From positions 93,596 to 157,595 of the forward strand of contig CBDDXD010000002.1 in NCBI GenBank assembly GCA_965235415.1: a DNA stretch of 64,000 bases, given 5' to 3'. Position 1 is the first letter of the stretch, and each line of letters begins with the position of its first letter. Position numbers and translations under genes: made by a program. The notes below the pieces were generated by a model that was not told the DNA's origin, made no database searches, and saw only the letters and a list, made by a program, of their open reading frames with translations. The stretch comes from Candidatus Pelagibacterales bacterium. Its GTDB lineage: Bacteria; Pseudomonadota; Alphaproteobacteria; Pelagibacterales; Pelagibacteraceae. This document shows, in pieces, positions 41,443 through 51,173 of this stretch.

Positions 41443-42193
41443 CATATTAAATAAGCCTTTATTTTTTTTACTTATCCATATAGCAGCATTTAATGCTCCA
41501 TCAGCAAAGAGTTCTCTTGAAAAAGCAGTATGTTTTAATTCTATATTTTCTATTTTATTATTAAAAAGTACTGAATGTTTGCCAATAGTATTTCCTTTTC
41601 TTGTAATAAAAAAATTAATTTTATTTTTTTGCAAATTACCTTTTTTATTTAAAAACATTTTTCCTTTTATTGATTCTAAGTTTTTATTTTTACCTTTAGA
41701 TACTGCATTTGCTAACATTAATGCTGTTCCTGATGGGTAATCAATTTTTTTTTTATGATGATTATCATTAATTCCAATATGATAATCATTAGGAATTTTT
41801 TTTGATAGAATATTAACAATATATTCAAGAAGATTAATACCTAGACTCATATTGCCTGATTTAAATATAGCAATTTTTTTTGAGTAATTTTTAATTAAAT
41901 TATTTTGTTTTTTAGTAAAACCTGTTGTTCCGATTACAACTTTTTTTTTTAATTTTTTTGCGTAATTTAAAATTTCAAGGGAAGCCTTTAGGTCTTGAAA
42001 AATCAATAATAACATCAGTTTTTTTAAAAGCTTCTAAGTTATTTTTTTGTGTCTTAATTCCATTTATAGTTTTTCCAGATTTTAGATCTGTTAAGCTAAA
42101 TAATTTTAGATTTTTATTTTTTGATATTCTTTTAATTAGAATTTTTCCCATTCTTCCAAGAGCACCAGAGATTGTAATATTAATTTTTTTCAT
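41440..42193 (-). CDS. dapB: 4-hydroxy-tetrahydrodipicolinate reductase, copy 2 (lacks last 7 aa; frameshift near 41985)
   Basis: Same motifs as copy 1; ends GLFNM* where it is joined to the orphan dnaJ tail. Confidence 0.9.
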
Positions 42194-42283
42194 TAATTAC
42201 CACTCCAAAACTTTTTAGCTTTATTTATAAAATTTTTTATTTCTGAATTGTTATTTAAATCTTCTAAAGATTTAAATTTTTCG
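41443..42283 (+). repeat. 841-bp direct repeat, copy B
   Basis: Partner of 38746-39586; offset 2697 bp. Confidence 0.97.
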
Positions 42284-43335
42284 AGCAAGTCCTTTTGTTC
42301 TTTTGACAAGGATTCAGGAATTATTACATTTGTTTCTAGATATAAATCTCCATAATCATCACTTCTTATAATAGGCATGCCTTTGCCTTTTAGCCTAAAT
42401 TGTTTACCAGATTGTGTTCCAGCTGGAATTTTAATCTTTGATTTTCCACCATCAATTGTTGGAACCTCTATTTCGGCACCAAGCGCTGCATCAGTCATTG
42501 ATATTGGTAATTTATAATATAAATTTTCTTCAGATCTTTGAAAAATTTTATGTTTTTCAAGGGTTATAAATACATAAAGATCTCCATTAGATCCTCCTCT
42601 ATAACCAGCATCTCCTTTTCCAGATAATCTTATTTGTGTTCCATCATCAACTCCTTTTGGAATTTGAATGGATAGATTTTTTTTTGTCTTAATAGCCCCA
42701 GATCCTCTACAATCTTTGCAAGGGTTAGAAAGCACTTCACCTTCTCCCCCGCAATCAGGACAAGTTTGTTGTAGAGTAAAAAAACCTTGCTGTGTTCTTA
42801 CTTTTCCATGACCATTACAAGTAGAACATTTCTTTGGTTTTGAACCAGGTTCTGCACCATCACCAGAACATTTTTGACACTTTTCGTTTGAAGATAAATT
42901 GATAGTTTGTTTTTTTCCAAAGTAAGCTTCTTCTAAAGTTACTTCTAAATTAATTTTTAAATCAGATCCTCGATTAGATCTTGATTTTTTAGAACCTCTG
43001 CCACTTCTTCCCGATCCCATAAAGTCGCCAAAAAAATCATCAAAGATGTCAGAGAATGCGCCAGACTCAAAACCACCAAAATCAAAACCTCCAGCCCCAC
43101 CAGCCCCACCTTCAAATGCAGAATGTCCAAATTGATCATAGGAAGATTTTTTCTTTGGGTCAGATAAGACTTGATAAGCCTCAGATGCTTCTTTAAATTT
43201 AGCTTCAGCAGTTTTATCTCCCTGATTTCTGTCAGGGTGGTATTTCATTGCAAGGGATCGATAAGCTTTTTTTATTTCCTCAGGAGTTGCTTTTTTGGTT
43301 ACACCAAGAATATCATAATAGTCTTTTTTGGACAT
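42193..43335 (-). CDS. dnaJ: Chaperone DnaJ
   Basis: J-domain HPD, G/F region, four CxxCxGxG repeats, GDLYV. Confidence 0.99.
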   Translation of the reverse strand: MSKKDYYDILGVTKKATPEEIKKAYRSLAMKYHPDRNQGDKTAEAKFKEASEAYQVLSDPKKKSSYDQFGHSAFEGGAGGAGGFDFGGFESGAFSDIFDDFFGDFMGSGRSGRGSKKSRSNRGSDLKINLEVTLEEAYFGKKQTINLSSNEKCQKCSGDGAEPGSKPKKCSTCNGHGKVRTQQGFFTLQQTCPDCGGEGEVLSNPCKDCRGSGAIKTKKNLSIQIPKGVDDGTQIRLSGKGDAGYRGGSNGDLYVFITLEKHKIFQRSEENLYYKLPISMTDAALGAEIEVPTIDGGKSKIKIPAGTQSGKQFRLKGKGMPIIRSDDYGDLYLETNVIIPESLSKEQKDLLEKFKSLEDLNNNSEIKNFINKAKKFWSGN

Positions 43336-43367
43336 AATGACTTAGGGCGAAACCAGTTATATATGGA

Positions 43368-45281
43368 TTAGCCGTTCTTTTTGTTATCGTCTTTTACTTC
43401 TTCAAACTCGGCATCAACTACATCTTTTTTATCATCAGGCTTAGCATCTGTTTTTGAAGTAGCAGCAGTATCTTGTTGAGCTTTATATATAGCCTCACCT
43501 AATTTCATAGAAGAAGTCATTAATTGCTGAGTTTTATTTTTGATGTCTTCAGTTTTGTCAGATTTAATAGCTTCTTTTAAATCTTCCATATCTTTTTCAA
43601 TTGCTTTTTTATCAGCTTCTGAAATTTTACTTCCATGTTCTTTTAAGCTTTGTTCTGTTGAAGCTATCAAAGAGTCAGCATGATTTTTTGCATCAACTTC
43701 TTCTCTTTTCTTTTTATCAGCTTCCTTATTAGCTTCAGCTTCTTTAACCATTTTTTGAATTTCTTCATCAGTTAAACCACCCGAAGCTTGAATTTGAATT
43801 TTTTGTTCTTTTCCAGTTCCTTTATCTTTTGCAGAAACGTTTACAATACCATTTGCATCAATATCAAAAGTTACTTCAATTTGAGGAACACCCCTTGGAG
43901 CTGGCGCAATTCCAGTTAATTCAAAATTGCCAAGTAATTTATTATCATTTGCCATTTCTCTTTCGCCTTGGAAAACTCTAATTGTTACAGCTGGCTGATT
44001 GTTTTCAGCTGTTGAGAATATTTGACTTTTTTTAGTTGGAATTGTTGTATTTTTTTCAATTAATCTTGTGAACACTCCGCCTAAAGTTTCAATACCAAGT
44101 GACAATGGAGTAACGTCAAGAAGAAGAACATCTTTAACATCACCTTGTAATACACCAGCCTGAACCGCAGCGCCTAAAGCAACTACTTCATCAGGGTTAA
44201 CACTTTGATTTGGTTCTTTACCAAAGAAATTTTTAACTGTTTCAACAACTTTTGGCATTCTTGTCATTCCACCTACAAGAATAACTTCATTAATTTCAGA
44301 TGCTGTGTAACCAGAATCTTTTAATGCAATTTTGCAAGGCTCTATAGTTTTTTCAATGAGTGCTGCAGTAAGAGCTTCAAGTTTTGCTCTTGTGATCTTC
44401 ATATTAACGTGTTTTGGACCAGTCTTATCCGCCGTAATAAATGGTAAATTAACTTCAGTTTGAGCTGATGAGGATAATTCTATTTTTGCTTTTTCAGCAG
44501 CTTCTCTTATTCTTTGTAATGCTAATTTATCAGTTTTTAAATTGATTCCGCTTTCTTTTTTAAATTCCTCAATAATATAATCTGTTACTACAGCATCAAA
44601 ATCATCACCACCTAAAGAAGTATTTCCGTTTGTAGACTTAACTTCAAATACTCCATCGCCCAATTCAAGAACTGAAATATCAAAAGTACCACCTCCTAAA
44701 TCGTATACAGCAATGGTTTTTGCTTTTTTCTTATCAAGACCATAAGCAAGAGCTGCAGCTGTTGGTTCGTTTATAATTCTTAAAACTTCAAGACCTGCAA
44801 TTTTTCCAGCATCTTTCGTAGCTTGTCTTTGTGCATCATTAAAATAAGCAGGAACAGTTATAACTGCTTGTTTTACTTCGCTACCAAGATATTTTTCTGC
44901 AGACTCTTTCATCTTCATTAAAACAAAAGCAGAAATTTGACTTGGGGAATATTTTTTATCACGAGACTGAACCCATGCATCAGTACCGTTATCAGATTTA
45001 ATTACTTTATAAGGAAGTCCTTGTATGTCTTTTTTTAAATTTGAGTCATCAAAACTTTTTCCAATTAATCTTTTAACTGAGAAGAAAGTATTTTCAGGAT
45101 TTGTTACCGCCTGTCTTTTTGCAGGAAGACCAACTAATTTTTCACCGGATTCTGTAAAGGCTACTATAGAAGGGGTTGTTCGAACACCTTCTGCATTCTC
45201 TAATACTTTTGGCTGCGCGCCATCCATAATAGCAACGCATGAGTTTGTGGTTCCTAAATCTATTCCAATTATTTTTGACAT
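43368..45281 (-). CDS. dnaK: Chaperone DnaK
   Basis: [51 protein letters not shown]. Confidence 0.99.
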   Translation of the reverse strand: MSKIIGIDLGTTNSCVAIMDGAQPKVLENAEGVRTTPSIVAFTESGEKLVGLPAKRQAVTNPENTFFSVKRLIGKSFDDSNLKKDIQGLPYKVIKSDNGTDAWVQSRDKKYSPSQISAFVLMKMKESAEKYLGSEVKQAVITVPAYFNDAQRQATKDAGKIAGLEVLRIINEPTAAALAYGLDKKKAKTIAVYDLGGGTFDISVLELGDGVFEVKSTNGNTSLGGDDFDAVVTDYIIEEFKKESGINLKTDKLALQRIREAAEKAKIELSSSAQTEVNLPFITADKTGPKHVNMKITRAKLEALTAALIEKTIEPCKIALKDSGYTASEINEVILVGGMTRMPKVVETVKNFFGKEPNQSVNPDEVVALGAAVQAGVLQGDVKDVLLLDVTPLSLGIETLGGVFTRLIEKNTTIPTKKSQIFSTAENNQPAVTIRVFQGEREMANDNKLLGNFELTGIAPAPRGVPQIEVTFDIDANGIVNVSAKDKGTGKEQKIQIQASGGLTDEEIQKMVKEAEANKEADKKKREEVDAKNHADSLIASTEQSLKEHGSKISEADKKAIEKDMEDLKEAIKSDKTEDIKNKTQQLMTSSMKLGEAIYKAQQDTAATSKTDAKPDDKKDVVDAEFEEVKDDNKKNG

Positions 45282-45400
45282 AAAATTCTATTTTTAATTA
45301 ATTTGTTGACCTTATGTGGTGCTTAATTCTAGGATTACAACCTTTGGGGCTAAATTTTTTTTACTAAAAAACCCTTAATTTATTTGAGTTTATTAAGCTA

Positions 45401-45958
45401 TTAATTAGAATTAGCCTTTTTTTTAGAAATAGACACTAGGGCAGGTCTTAAAAGCCTATCATTTAGCATGTAGCCCTTTTGAATTTCATTTATAACTATT
45501 CCATCCTCTTGGTCGCTCTCTACTTCATTTAGAGCCTGATGAAAATTAGGGTCAAATTTTTTACCGATAGACTCAAAGGATTTTATTCCATTTTTATCAA
45601 AGCTATTGATTAATTCTTTTTCGATAAGCTCTATTCCAAGCATTGTATCTTTGAACTCATCAGACTTAAATTTAGGATTATCTTTAAATAAACCAAAGGC
45701 TCTTTCTAAATTATCAGCAAGGTTAAGAATTTCCCTAGCAAAAGATGAGGAGCTATATTTAATTAAATCTTCTCTTTCTTTTTCGTGAATTTTTCTAAGA
45801 TTTTGATTTTCAGCTAGCGAACGAAGTAGTTTGTCATTTAATTCTTCTATTTTTTTTTCAAGATTATTTTCTGTAATAGGCTCTGCAATATTATTTTCTT
45901 CGTTATCAATTTTCTGTTCTTGATCTTTATTAGCAGCAGTTTCTTCGTTATTATTCAT
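45401..45958 (-). CDS. grpE: Nucleotide exchange factor GrpE
   Basis: LRSLAENQNLRK, FDPNFHQA, QKGYMLNDRLLRPALV. Confidence 0.97.
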   Translation of the reverse strand: MNNNEETAANKDQEQKIDNEENNIAEPITENNLEKKIEELNDKLLRSLAENQNLRKIHEKEREDLIKYSSSSFAREILNLADNLERAFGLFKDNPKFKSDEFKDTMLGIELIEKELINSFDKNGIKSFESIGKKFDPNFHQALNEVESDQEDGIVINEIQKGYMLNDRLLRPALVSISKKKANSN

Positions 45959-46001
45959 AAGCCTATATATTTAAAGCAATACTTTATAATTTTTTTGACA
46001 T

Positions 46002-46029
46002 ATATAGGTACTATATTTCAGATTTCTAG
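46002..46029 (-). promoter_or_regulatory. Putative promoter of grpE (alphaproteobacterial RpoH/RpoD-like)
   Basis: Minus strand reads CTAG-N17-CCTATAT, close to the alphaproteobacterial CTTG-N17-CCTATAT motif. Confidence 0.45.
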
Positions 46030-46036
46030 CATTATT

Positions 46037-46753
46037 ATGAGAAAAGATAATAGAGACAATCTAAGTTTACGAAAAATTGAGATAATTCCAAATTTTATTA
46101 AAAATTCAGAAGGTTCATGTCTGGTTAGATTTGGAGAAACACAAGTCGTTTGCACCGCCTCTGTTGATTCAAAAGTTCCAAGATGGCTTGTTGGCTCAGG
46201 AAAAGGTTGGGTTACTGCTGAGTATGGAATGTTACCAAGATCCACCCATGAAAGAATGAGACGAGAAGCTGCAGTTGGTAAAATAGGGGGGAGAACATCA
46301 GAAATTCAAAGATTAATAGGAAGATCATTAAGAGCTGTTATTGATTTGGGATTATTAAATGAAAAGTTAATTACAATTGATTGTGATGTTTTAACTGCTG
46401 ATGGCGGCACTAGAACAGCAGCTATCACAGGCGGTTTTGTTGCATTAAAATTATGTATTGAACACCTGCTTAGAAATAAAGAAATTAAAACAAATCCAAT
46501 ACAGCAGTATATAGCGGCGGTTAGTTGTGGAATTTTAGATGGTAAAATTTTATTAGATTTAAATTATGAAGAAGATAGCGCAGCAGAGATTGATGCTAAT
46601 TTTGTGATCACTGAGAATATGCAATTAGTTGAAATCCAAGCAACAGGTGAAAGAAAGACTTTTTCAGATCAGGATCTAACTGAAATGCTAAAAATTTCAA
46701 AGAGTGCAATAAAAGAAATAATACAACATCAAAAGTCTTGTTTTGAAAAATAA
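46037..46753 (+). CDS. rph: Ribonuclease PH
   Basis: True start is the ATG at 46037 (MRKDNR). GWVTAEYGMLPRST, GRTSEIQRLIGRSLR, DGGTRTAAITG, LDLNYEED. Confidence 0.98.
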   Translation: MRKDNRDNLSLRKIEIIPNFIKNSEGSCLVRFGETQVVCTASVDSKVPRWLVGSGKGWVTAEYGMLPRSTHERMRREAAVGKIGGRTSEIQRLIGRSLRAVIDLGLLNEKLITIDCDVLTADGGTRTAAITGGFVALKLCIEHLLRNKEIKTNPIQQYIAAVSCGILDGKILLDLNYEEDSAAEIDANFVITENMQLVEIQATGERKTFSDQDLTEMLKISKSAIKEIIQHQKSCFEK

Positions 46754-47360
46754 GTTAGGAAATTTAAAGAATATAAAATCTTTATTGATAGCAACTAACA
46801 ATAAAGGAAAGCTTTCAGAAATAAAAAAATTATTACCAAAACATATTACATTTTATAATCCAAAAGATTTTAATCTGATAGAACCTAAAGAGAATGAAAA
46901 AACATTTGAGGGAAATGCTGTAATTAAAGCGAAATATTGTGCTGAAAAATCTAAATTAATATCTTTATCGGATGATTCAGGATTAGAAGTGTCGGTTTTA
47001 AATGGGGATCCTGGTGTTTATTCAGCTAGATGGGCAGGAAAAAATAAAGATTTTAAAGTAGCAATTAAAAAAATTTATTCAAAAATAAAAAAGAAAAATA
47101 AATTAAATAAAAAAAATAACGCTAGATTTTATTGTTCTCTAGCAGTTGCCTTTCCAAATGGCACATACAAAACATTTAGTGGGACAGTTAATGGTAAAAT
47201 TTCACAAAAACCCAAAGGGAATAATGGATTTGGTTATGATCCTATATTTATTCCAAATGGTTATAAAAAAACTTTTGGCGAGATGAGGTCTAATTTAAAG
47301 GATAAAATTAGCCATCGTTATAGAGCGTTTAATAAAATAAAAAGATATTTTAAATATTAG
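46743..47360 (+). CDS. rdgB: Non-canonical purine NTP pyrophosphatase
   Basis: IATNNKGK, DDSGLEV, PGVYSARWA, GFGYDPIF, KISHR. Confidence 0.96.
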   Translation: MKNKLGNLKNIKSLLIATNNKGKLSEIKKLLPKHITFYNPKDFNLIEPKENEKTFEGNAVIKAKYCAEKSKLISLSDDSGLEVSVLNGDPGVYSARWAGKNKDFKVAIKKIYSKIKKKNKLNKKNNARFYCSLAVAFPNGTYKTFSGTVNGKISQKPKGNNGFGYDPIFIPNGYKKTFGEMRSNLKDKISHRYRAFNKIKRYFKY

Positions 47361-47364
47361 ATTC

Positions 47365-48219
47365 GTGGAAAATATTAAATTTATAGATCAAAATTTAGAG
47401 AAGGGGCTCTATTTAGTTTCAACACCTATTGGAAATTTAGCAGACATTACCATACGCGCTTTAAATATTTTAAAAAAATCAGATATTATTTTGTGTGAAG
47501 ATAAAAGAGTTTCAAAAAAATTATTAGATTATTATGACATTAAAGCTCAATTATTTACATATCATAAGTTTAATGAAAAAGAGTCGGTTGAAAAAATATT
47601 AGATATTTTTAAAAAGAATAAAATTGTATCTTTAATTAGTGATGCAGGAACCCCACTAATATCTGATCCTGGAAAAATTTTAATTAATGAGATTGAAAAA
47701 AATAATATAAAAATAATTCCAATACCAGGCCCTTCAGCAGTTACAGCAGCTTTTAGTTTGGCAGGTTTTAGCGATGATTATTATTTTTATGGATTTTTAC
47801 CAAAAAAATTAGGTGAGAGAAAAAAAGTGTATGAAAAATTCTCTAATTTAGATAGTTCAATTATCATATTTTTACCGGCTAGAGACTTAGTTTCTGTAAT
47901 AAAAGAAATGAAGGAGTTTCTTGGAGAAAGATACATATTAGTTGCAAAAGAAATTACAAAAATTCATGAGAATATTATTAAAGGAACACTCAATGATATT
48001 CTTGATAAAGTTAAATCAATTATTCTTAAAGGAGAGATCACAATAGTATTGTCTTCCGAGACAAATAAAAATAAAGACCAAAATATTGATTTGAATAAAG
48101 AAATTTTAGATTTATCAAAAAAAATGAAAACATCAGATCTTGCCAAATATTTATCTAAGAAGTTTAAATTTTCAAAAAAAGAAATTTATCAAAAGATCTT
48201 GATGTTAGATAAAAAGTGA
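47365..48219 (+). CDS. rsmI: 16S rRNA C1402 2'-O-methyltransferase
   Basis: LYLVSTPIGNLADIT, CEDKR, SDAGTPLISDPG, PGPSA, KEITKIHE, KGEITIV. Confidence 0.96.
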   Translation: MENIKFIDQNLEKGLYLVSTPIGNLADITIRALNILKKSDIILCEDKRVSKKLLDYYDIKAQLFTYHKFNEKESVEKILDIFKKNKIVSLISDAGTPLISDPGKILINEIEKNNIKIIPIPGPSAVTAAFSLAGFSDDYYFYGFLPKKLGERKKVYEKFSNLDSSIIIFLPARDLVSVIKEMKEFLGERYILVAKEITKIHENIIKGTLNDILDKVKSIILKGEITIVLSSETNKNKDQNIDLNKEILDLSKKMKTSDLAKYLSKKFKFSKKEIYQKILMLDKK

Positions 48220-48806
48220 TGAAATTTTTAAAAGTAATTTTTATATCTCTATTTTTAACTTCTTGTATTGGGAATATTACATCAACCGTTTTTGGCGTCG
48301 GTGTTAACATTAACTTAGATCCAAGATCTCCAGGTTTATACTTAGATGATAAATTAGCAGAAACGCTTATTATGAAAAAAATTGTTCAACACGATTACAA
48401 GCAGATTTTTTTAAATGTTAAAGTTATTGATGGAACGGCTATTTTGAGCGGGCGTGTTGAAAAAGCTGAAGATAAATTAAAAATGACAAAATTTGCATGG
48501 GAAACAGCAGGTATTAAAGCGGTGAGAAATGATATTGTGGTTGCTGACGAAACTTCTTTCAGACAGAGAGCAAAAGATATTTTAATATCCTCACAATTGA
48601 GTGCGGCGTTATTAATTAATAAAAAGATTAATTCTCGAAATTATAATTTAGAAACTATTAATGGTAAGATTTATATTTACGGAATGGCAAGAACTACAGC
48701 TGAACTTGAAGAGGTTATTAAAGAGGCGAAATTAATACCTGATGTAGTTGAAGTTGTGCCAAGTATTATTCTTGCTGATAATTTATCTAGAAAAAATTAT
48801 CTTTAG
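48216..48806 (+). CDS. BON domain lipoprotein (DolP/YraP-like)
   Basis: Lipobox LTSC; two BON-like repeats (LSGRV...GIKAVRN; IYIYGMA...VVEVV). Confidence 0.82.
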   Translation: MMKFLKVIFISLFLTSCIGNITSTVFGVGVNINLDPRSPGLYLDDKLAETLIMKKIVQHDYKQIFLNVKVIDGTAILSGRVEKAEDKLKMTKFAWETAGIKAVRNDIVVADETSFRQRAKDILISSQLSAALLINKKINSRNYNLETINGKIYIYGMARTTAELEEVIKEAKLIPDVVEVVPSIILADNLSRKNYL

Positions 48807-51070
48807 TCTTTTTTATATTTAATGACATCTGATTTATAAGCAGCCATAGCTGCCATATTAAATATATCAGTGACTTTTGATCGTAAGGTTGAAATTTGAA
48901 TAGGTTTGTTTAGACCAATTAAAACTGGACCAATTAGTGTGCTTCCACCAAGTTCTTTAAGTAACTTTGTAGAAATTGCAGCACTATGAATTGCTGGCAT
49001 AATTAAAATATTTGCAGGCGCAGATAATTTTGAAAATGGATAAATAGTTTTAAATTTTTGATTTAAAGCTACATCCGGCTGCATTTCTCCTTCAAATTCA
49101 AAATCGACTTTTCTTTTTTCAAGTAAATCTCTAGCCTCTCTTAAGTGAACACTTCTTTCAGACATAGGCTTTCCAAATGTTGAATGAGCAAGAAAAGCAA
49201 CTCTTGGAGTAAAACCAAGGATTCTTGCAACTCTAGCTGAGGAAATAGCAATATCTGCTAAATTTTCTGCAGTTGGGTATTCATGAACATTAGTGTCAGC
49301 AATAAATACTGTTCCTTTTTTTGTTACAGCAATTGTAAGTCCAAAAATAATTTCACCTGGTCTTTCATCGACAACATATTTTATATTTTCTAAAGTATCG
49401 CTGAAAGTTCTGGTTACCCCTGTTACCATTGCATCAGCGTCACCAAGATCAACCATACAAGATCCAAAAACAATTCTGTTTGTTCTAATTAATCTATCGC
49501 AGTCTCTTTTTAAGAAGCCTTTTCTTTGTAATCTTTTGTAAATATGGTCTGTATATCTTTGTCTTTGTTTTTCATCTTTTGAATTATGAATCTCAATAGA
49601 TTTATCTAGTGTCAAACCAAGATCTTTAAGTTGCTGTGCAATTTTTTCACTACTTCCAATTAAAATTGGTGTTCCAAGGCCATTGTTTTTAAAATCGATC
49701 GCAGCTCTAAGCATGGATTCCTCTTCTCCTTCTGCAAAAATAACTCTTTTTTGTTTTTTTCTTACTTGAGCATAAATGTTTTGTAAAAAACCTATGGAAG
49801 GATCTAGTCTTGCAGCAAGACTATCTTTATAAGCTGAAAAATCTTCAATTTTCTTTTGTGCAACTCCGCTTTTCATAGCGGCTTCTGCTACTGCAGCAGA
49901 TACGTTTCTAATTAATCTTGGATCAAAAGGAGAAGGGATAATATAATTTTTTCCAAATTTTGGTCTTTCACCACCGTAAGCCGCAACCACTTCATCAGGA
50001 ACATCTTCTTTTGCAAGATCGGCTATAGCCTTTGCAGCAGCAATTTTCATTTCTTCGTTAATAGTTTTTGCGCGACAATCTAAAGCTCCTCTGAAAATAT
50101 ATGGGAAACCTAAAACGTTATTTACTTGGTTTGGATAATCGGATCTTCCCGTTGCAACAATTGCATCACTTCTTGTTTCCTCAATTAATTCAGGAAGAAT
50201 TTCAGGATCAGGATTTGCACAAGCAAAAATAATCGGATCTTTTGCCATAGATTTTACCATTGCGGGGGTTACCACATTCTTTGCAGATAAACCTAAAAAT
50301 ATATCTGCTCCTTTCATTGCCTCTTCTAAAGTTCTGAGTTTTGTATTTGCAGCATGTGCTGATTTAAATTGATCTACTTTTGGACGACCTTTATAAATAA
50401 CTCCTTCTTTATCTAACATCACAACATTATCATCGGGTAAGCCCATTGCTTTCAGCAGTGATATACAAGAAAGCCCAGCAGCTCCTGCGCCATTAGCAAC
50501 AACTCTTACATTTTTTATTGATTTTTTTACAATTTCTAAAGCATTTAAAATTCCAGCTACGGTAATGATAGCAGTTCCATGTTGATCATCATGAAACACT
50601 GGAATTTTAAGTCTATTTTTTAATTCTTGTTCAATAATAAAACAGTCTGGAGATGCAATGTCTTCAAGGTTTATACCTCCAAAACTATTTCCAATTTTAG
50701 CAATACAATTAATAATTTCTTCTGCATTTTGTGAATCAACTTCAATATCAATTGAATCAATATCGGCAAATCTTTTAAAAAGTACAGCTTTGCCTTCCAT
50801 CACTGGTTTTGAGGCAAGCGCTCCTAAATTGCCAAGCCCCAAGATTGCAGACCCGTTTGATATAACAGCAACAGTGTTTCCTTTGCTTGTGTAGTCATAA
50901 GCTTTGGATGGATCTTTTGCTATCGCCTCAACAGGAACGGCAACACCAGGAGAGTAGGCAAGCGCCAAATCTCTTTGGGTTGACATTGGTTTGCTTGCTA
51001 TTATTTCAATTTTCCCAGGCTTACCTTGACTATGATAGTCTAAAGCTTCTTTATCTGTAAACTTTTCCAT
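48803..51070 (-). CDS. maeB: NADP-dependent malic enzyme with phosphotransacetylase-like domain
   Basis: LAYSPGVA, VMEGKAVLFK, NLEDI, FHDDQHGTA, TGRSDYPNQVNN, FAEGE, GPVLIGL. Confidence 0.98.
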   Translation of the reverse strand: MEKFTDKEALDYHSQGKPGKIEIIASKPMSTQRDLALAYSPGVAVPVEAIAKDPSKAYDYTSKGNTVAVISNGSAILGLGNLGALASKPVMEGKAVLFKRFADIDSIDIEVDSQNAEEIINCIAKIGNSFGGINLEDIASPDCFIIEQELKNRLKIPVFHDDQHGTAIITVAGILNALEIVKKSIKNVRVVANGAGAAGLSCISLLKAMGLPDDNVVMLDKEGVIYKGRPKVDQFKSAHAANTKLRTLEEAMKGADIFLGLSAKNVVTPAMVKSMAKDPIIFACANPDPEILPELIEETRSDAIVATGRSDYPNQVNNVLGFPYIFRGALDCRAKTINEEMKIAAAKAIADLAKEDVPDEVVAAYGGERPKFGKNYIIPSPFDPRLIRNVSAAVAEAAMKSGVAQKKIEDFSAYKDSLAARLDPSIGFLQNIYAQVRKKQKRVIFAEGEEESMLRAAIDFKNNGLGTPILIGSSEKIAQQLKDLGLTLDKSIEIHNSKDEKQRQRYTDHIYKRLQRKGFLKRDCDRLIRTNRIVFGSCMVDLGDADAMVTGVTRTFSDTLENIKYVVDERPGEIIFGLTIAVTKKGTVFIADTNVHEYPTAENLADIAISSARVARILGFTPRVAFLAHSTFGKPMSERSVHLREARDLLEKRKVDFEFEGEMQPDVALNQKFKTIYPFSKLSAPANILIMPAIHSAAISTKLLKELGGSTLIGPVLIGLNKPIQISTLRSKVTDIFNMAAMAAYKSDVIKYKKD

Positions 51071-51173
51071 AATATTGTTTTTAATATAAATAAAACTGCA
51101 AGAAGAAGTTATTTTTTTTATACTAAGTTCTTAGATTTTAAATTATTAAAACAAAGTTGAAACTAAATATCAA

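Noticed and set aside
45920-46036. N-terminal extension of Rph predicted by the ORF track
   Set aside because: It overlaps the grpE start and promoter; the RNase PH-like sequence begins at the ATG at 46037.
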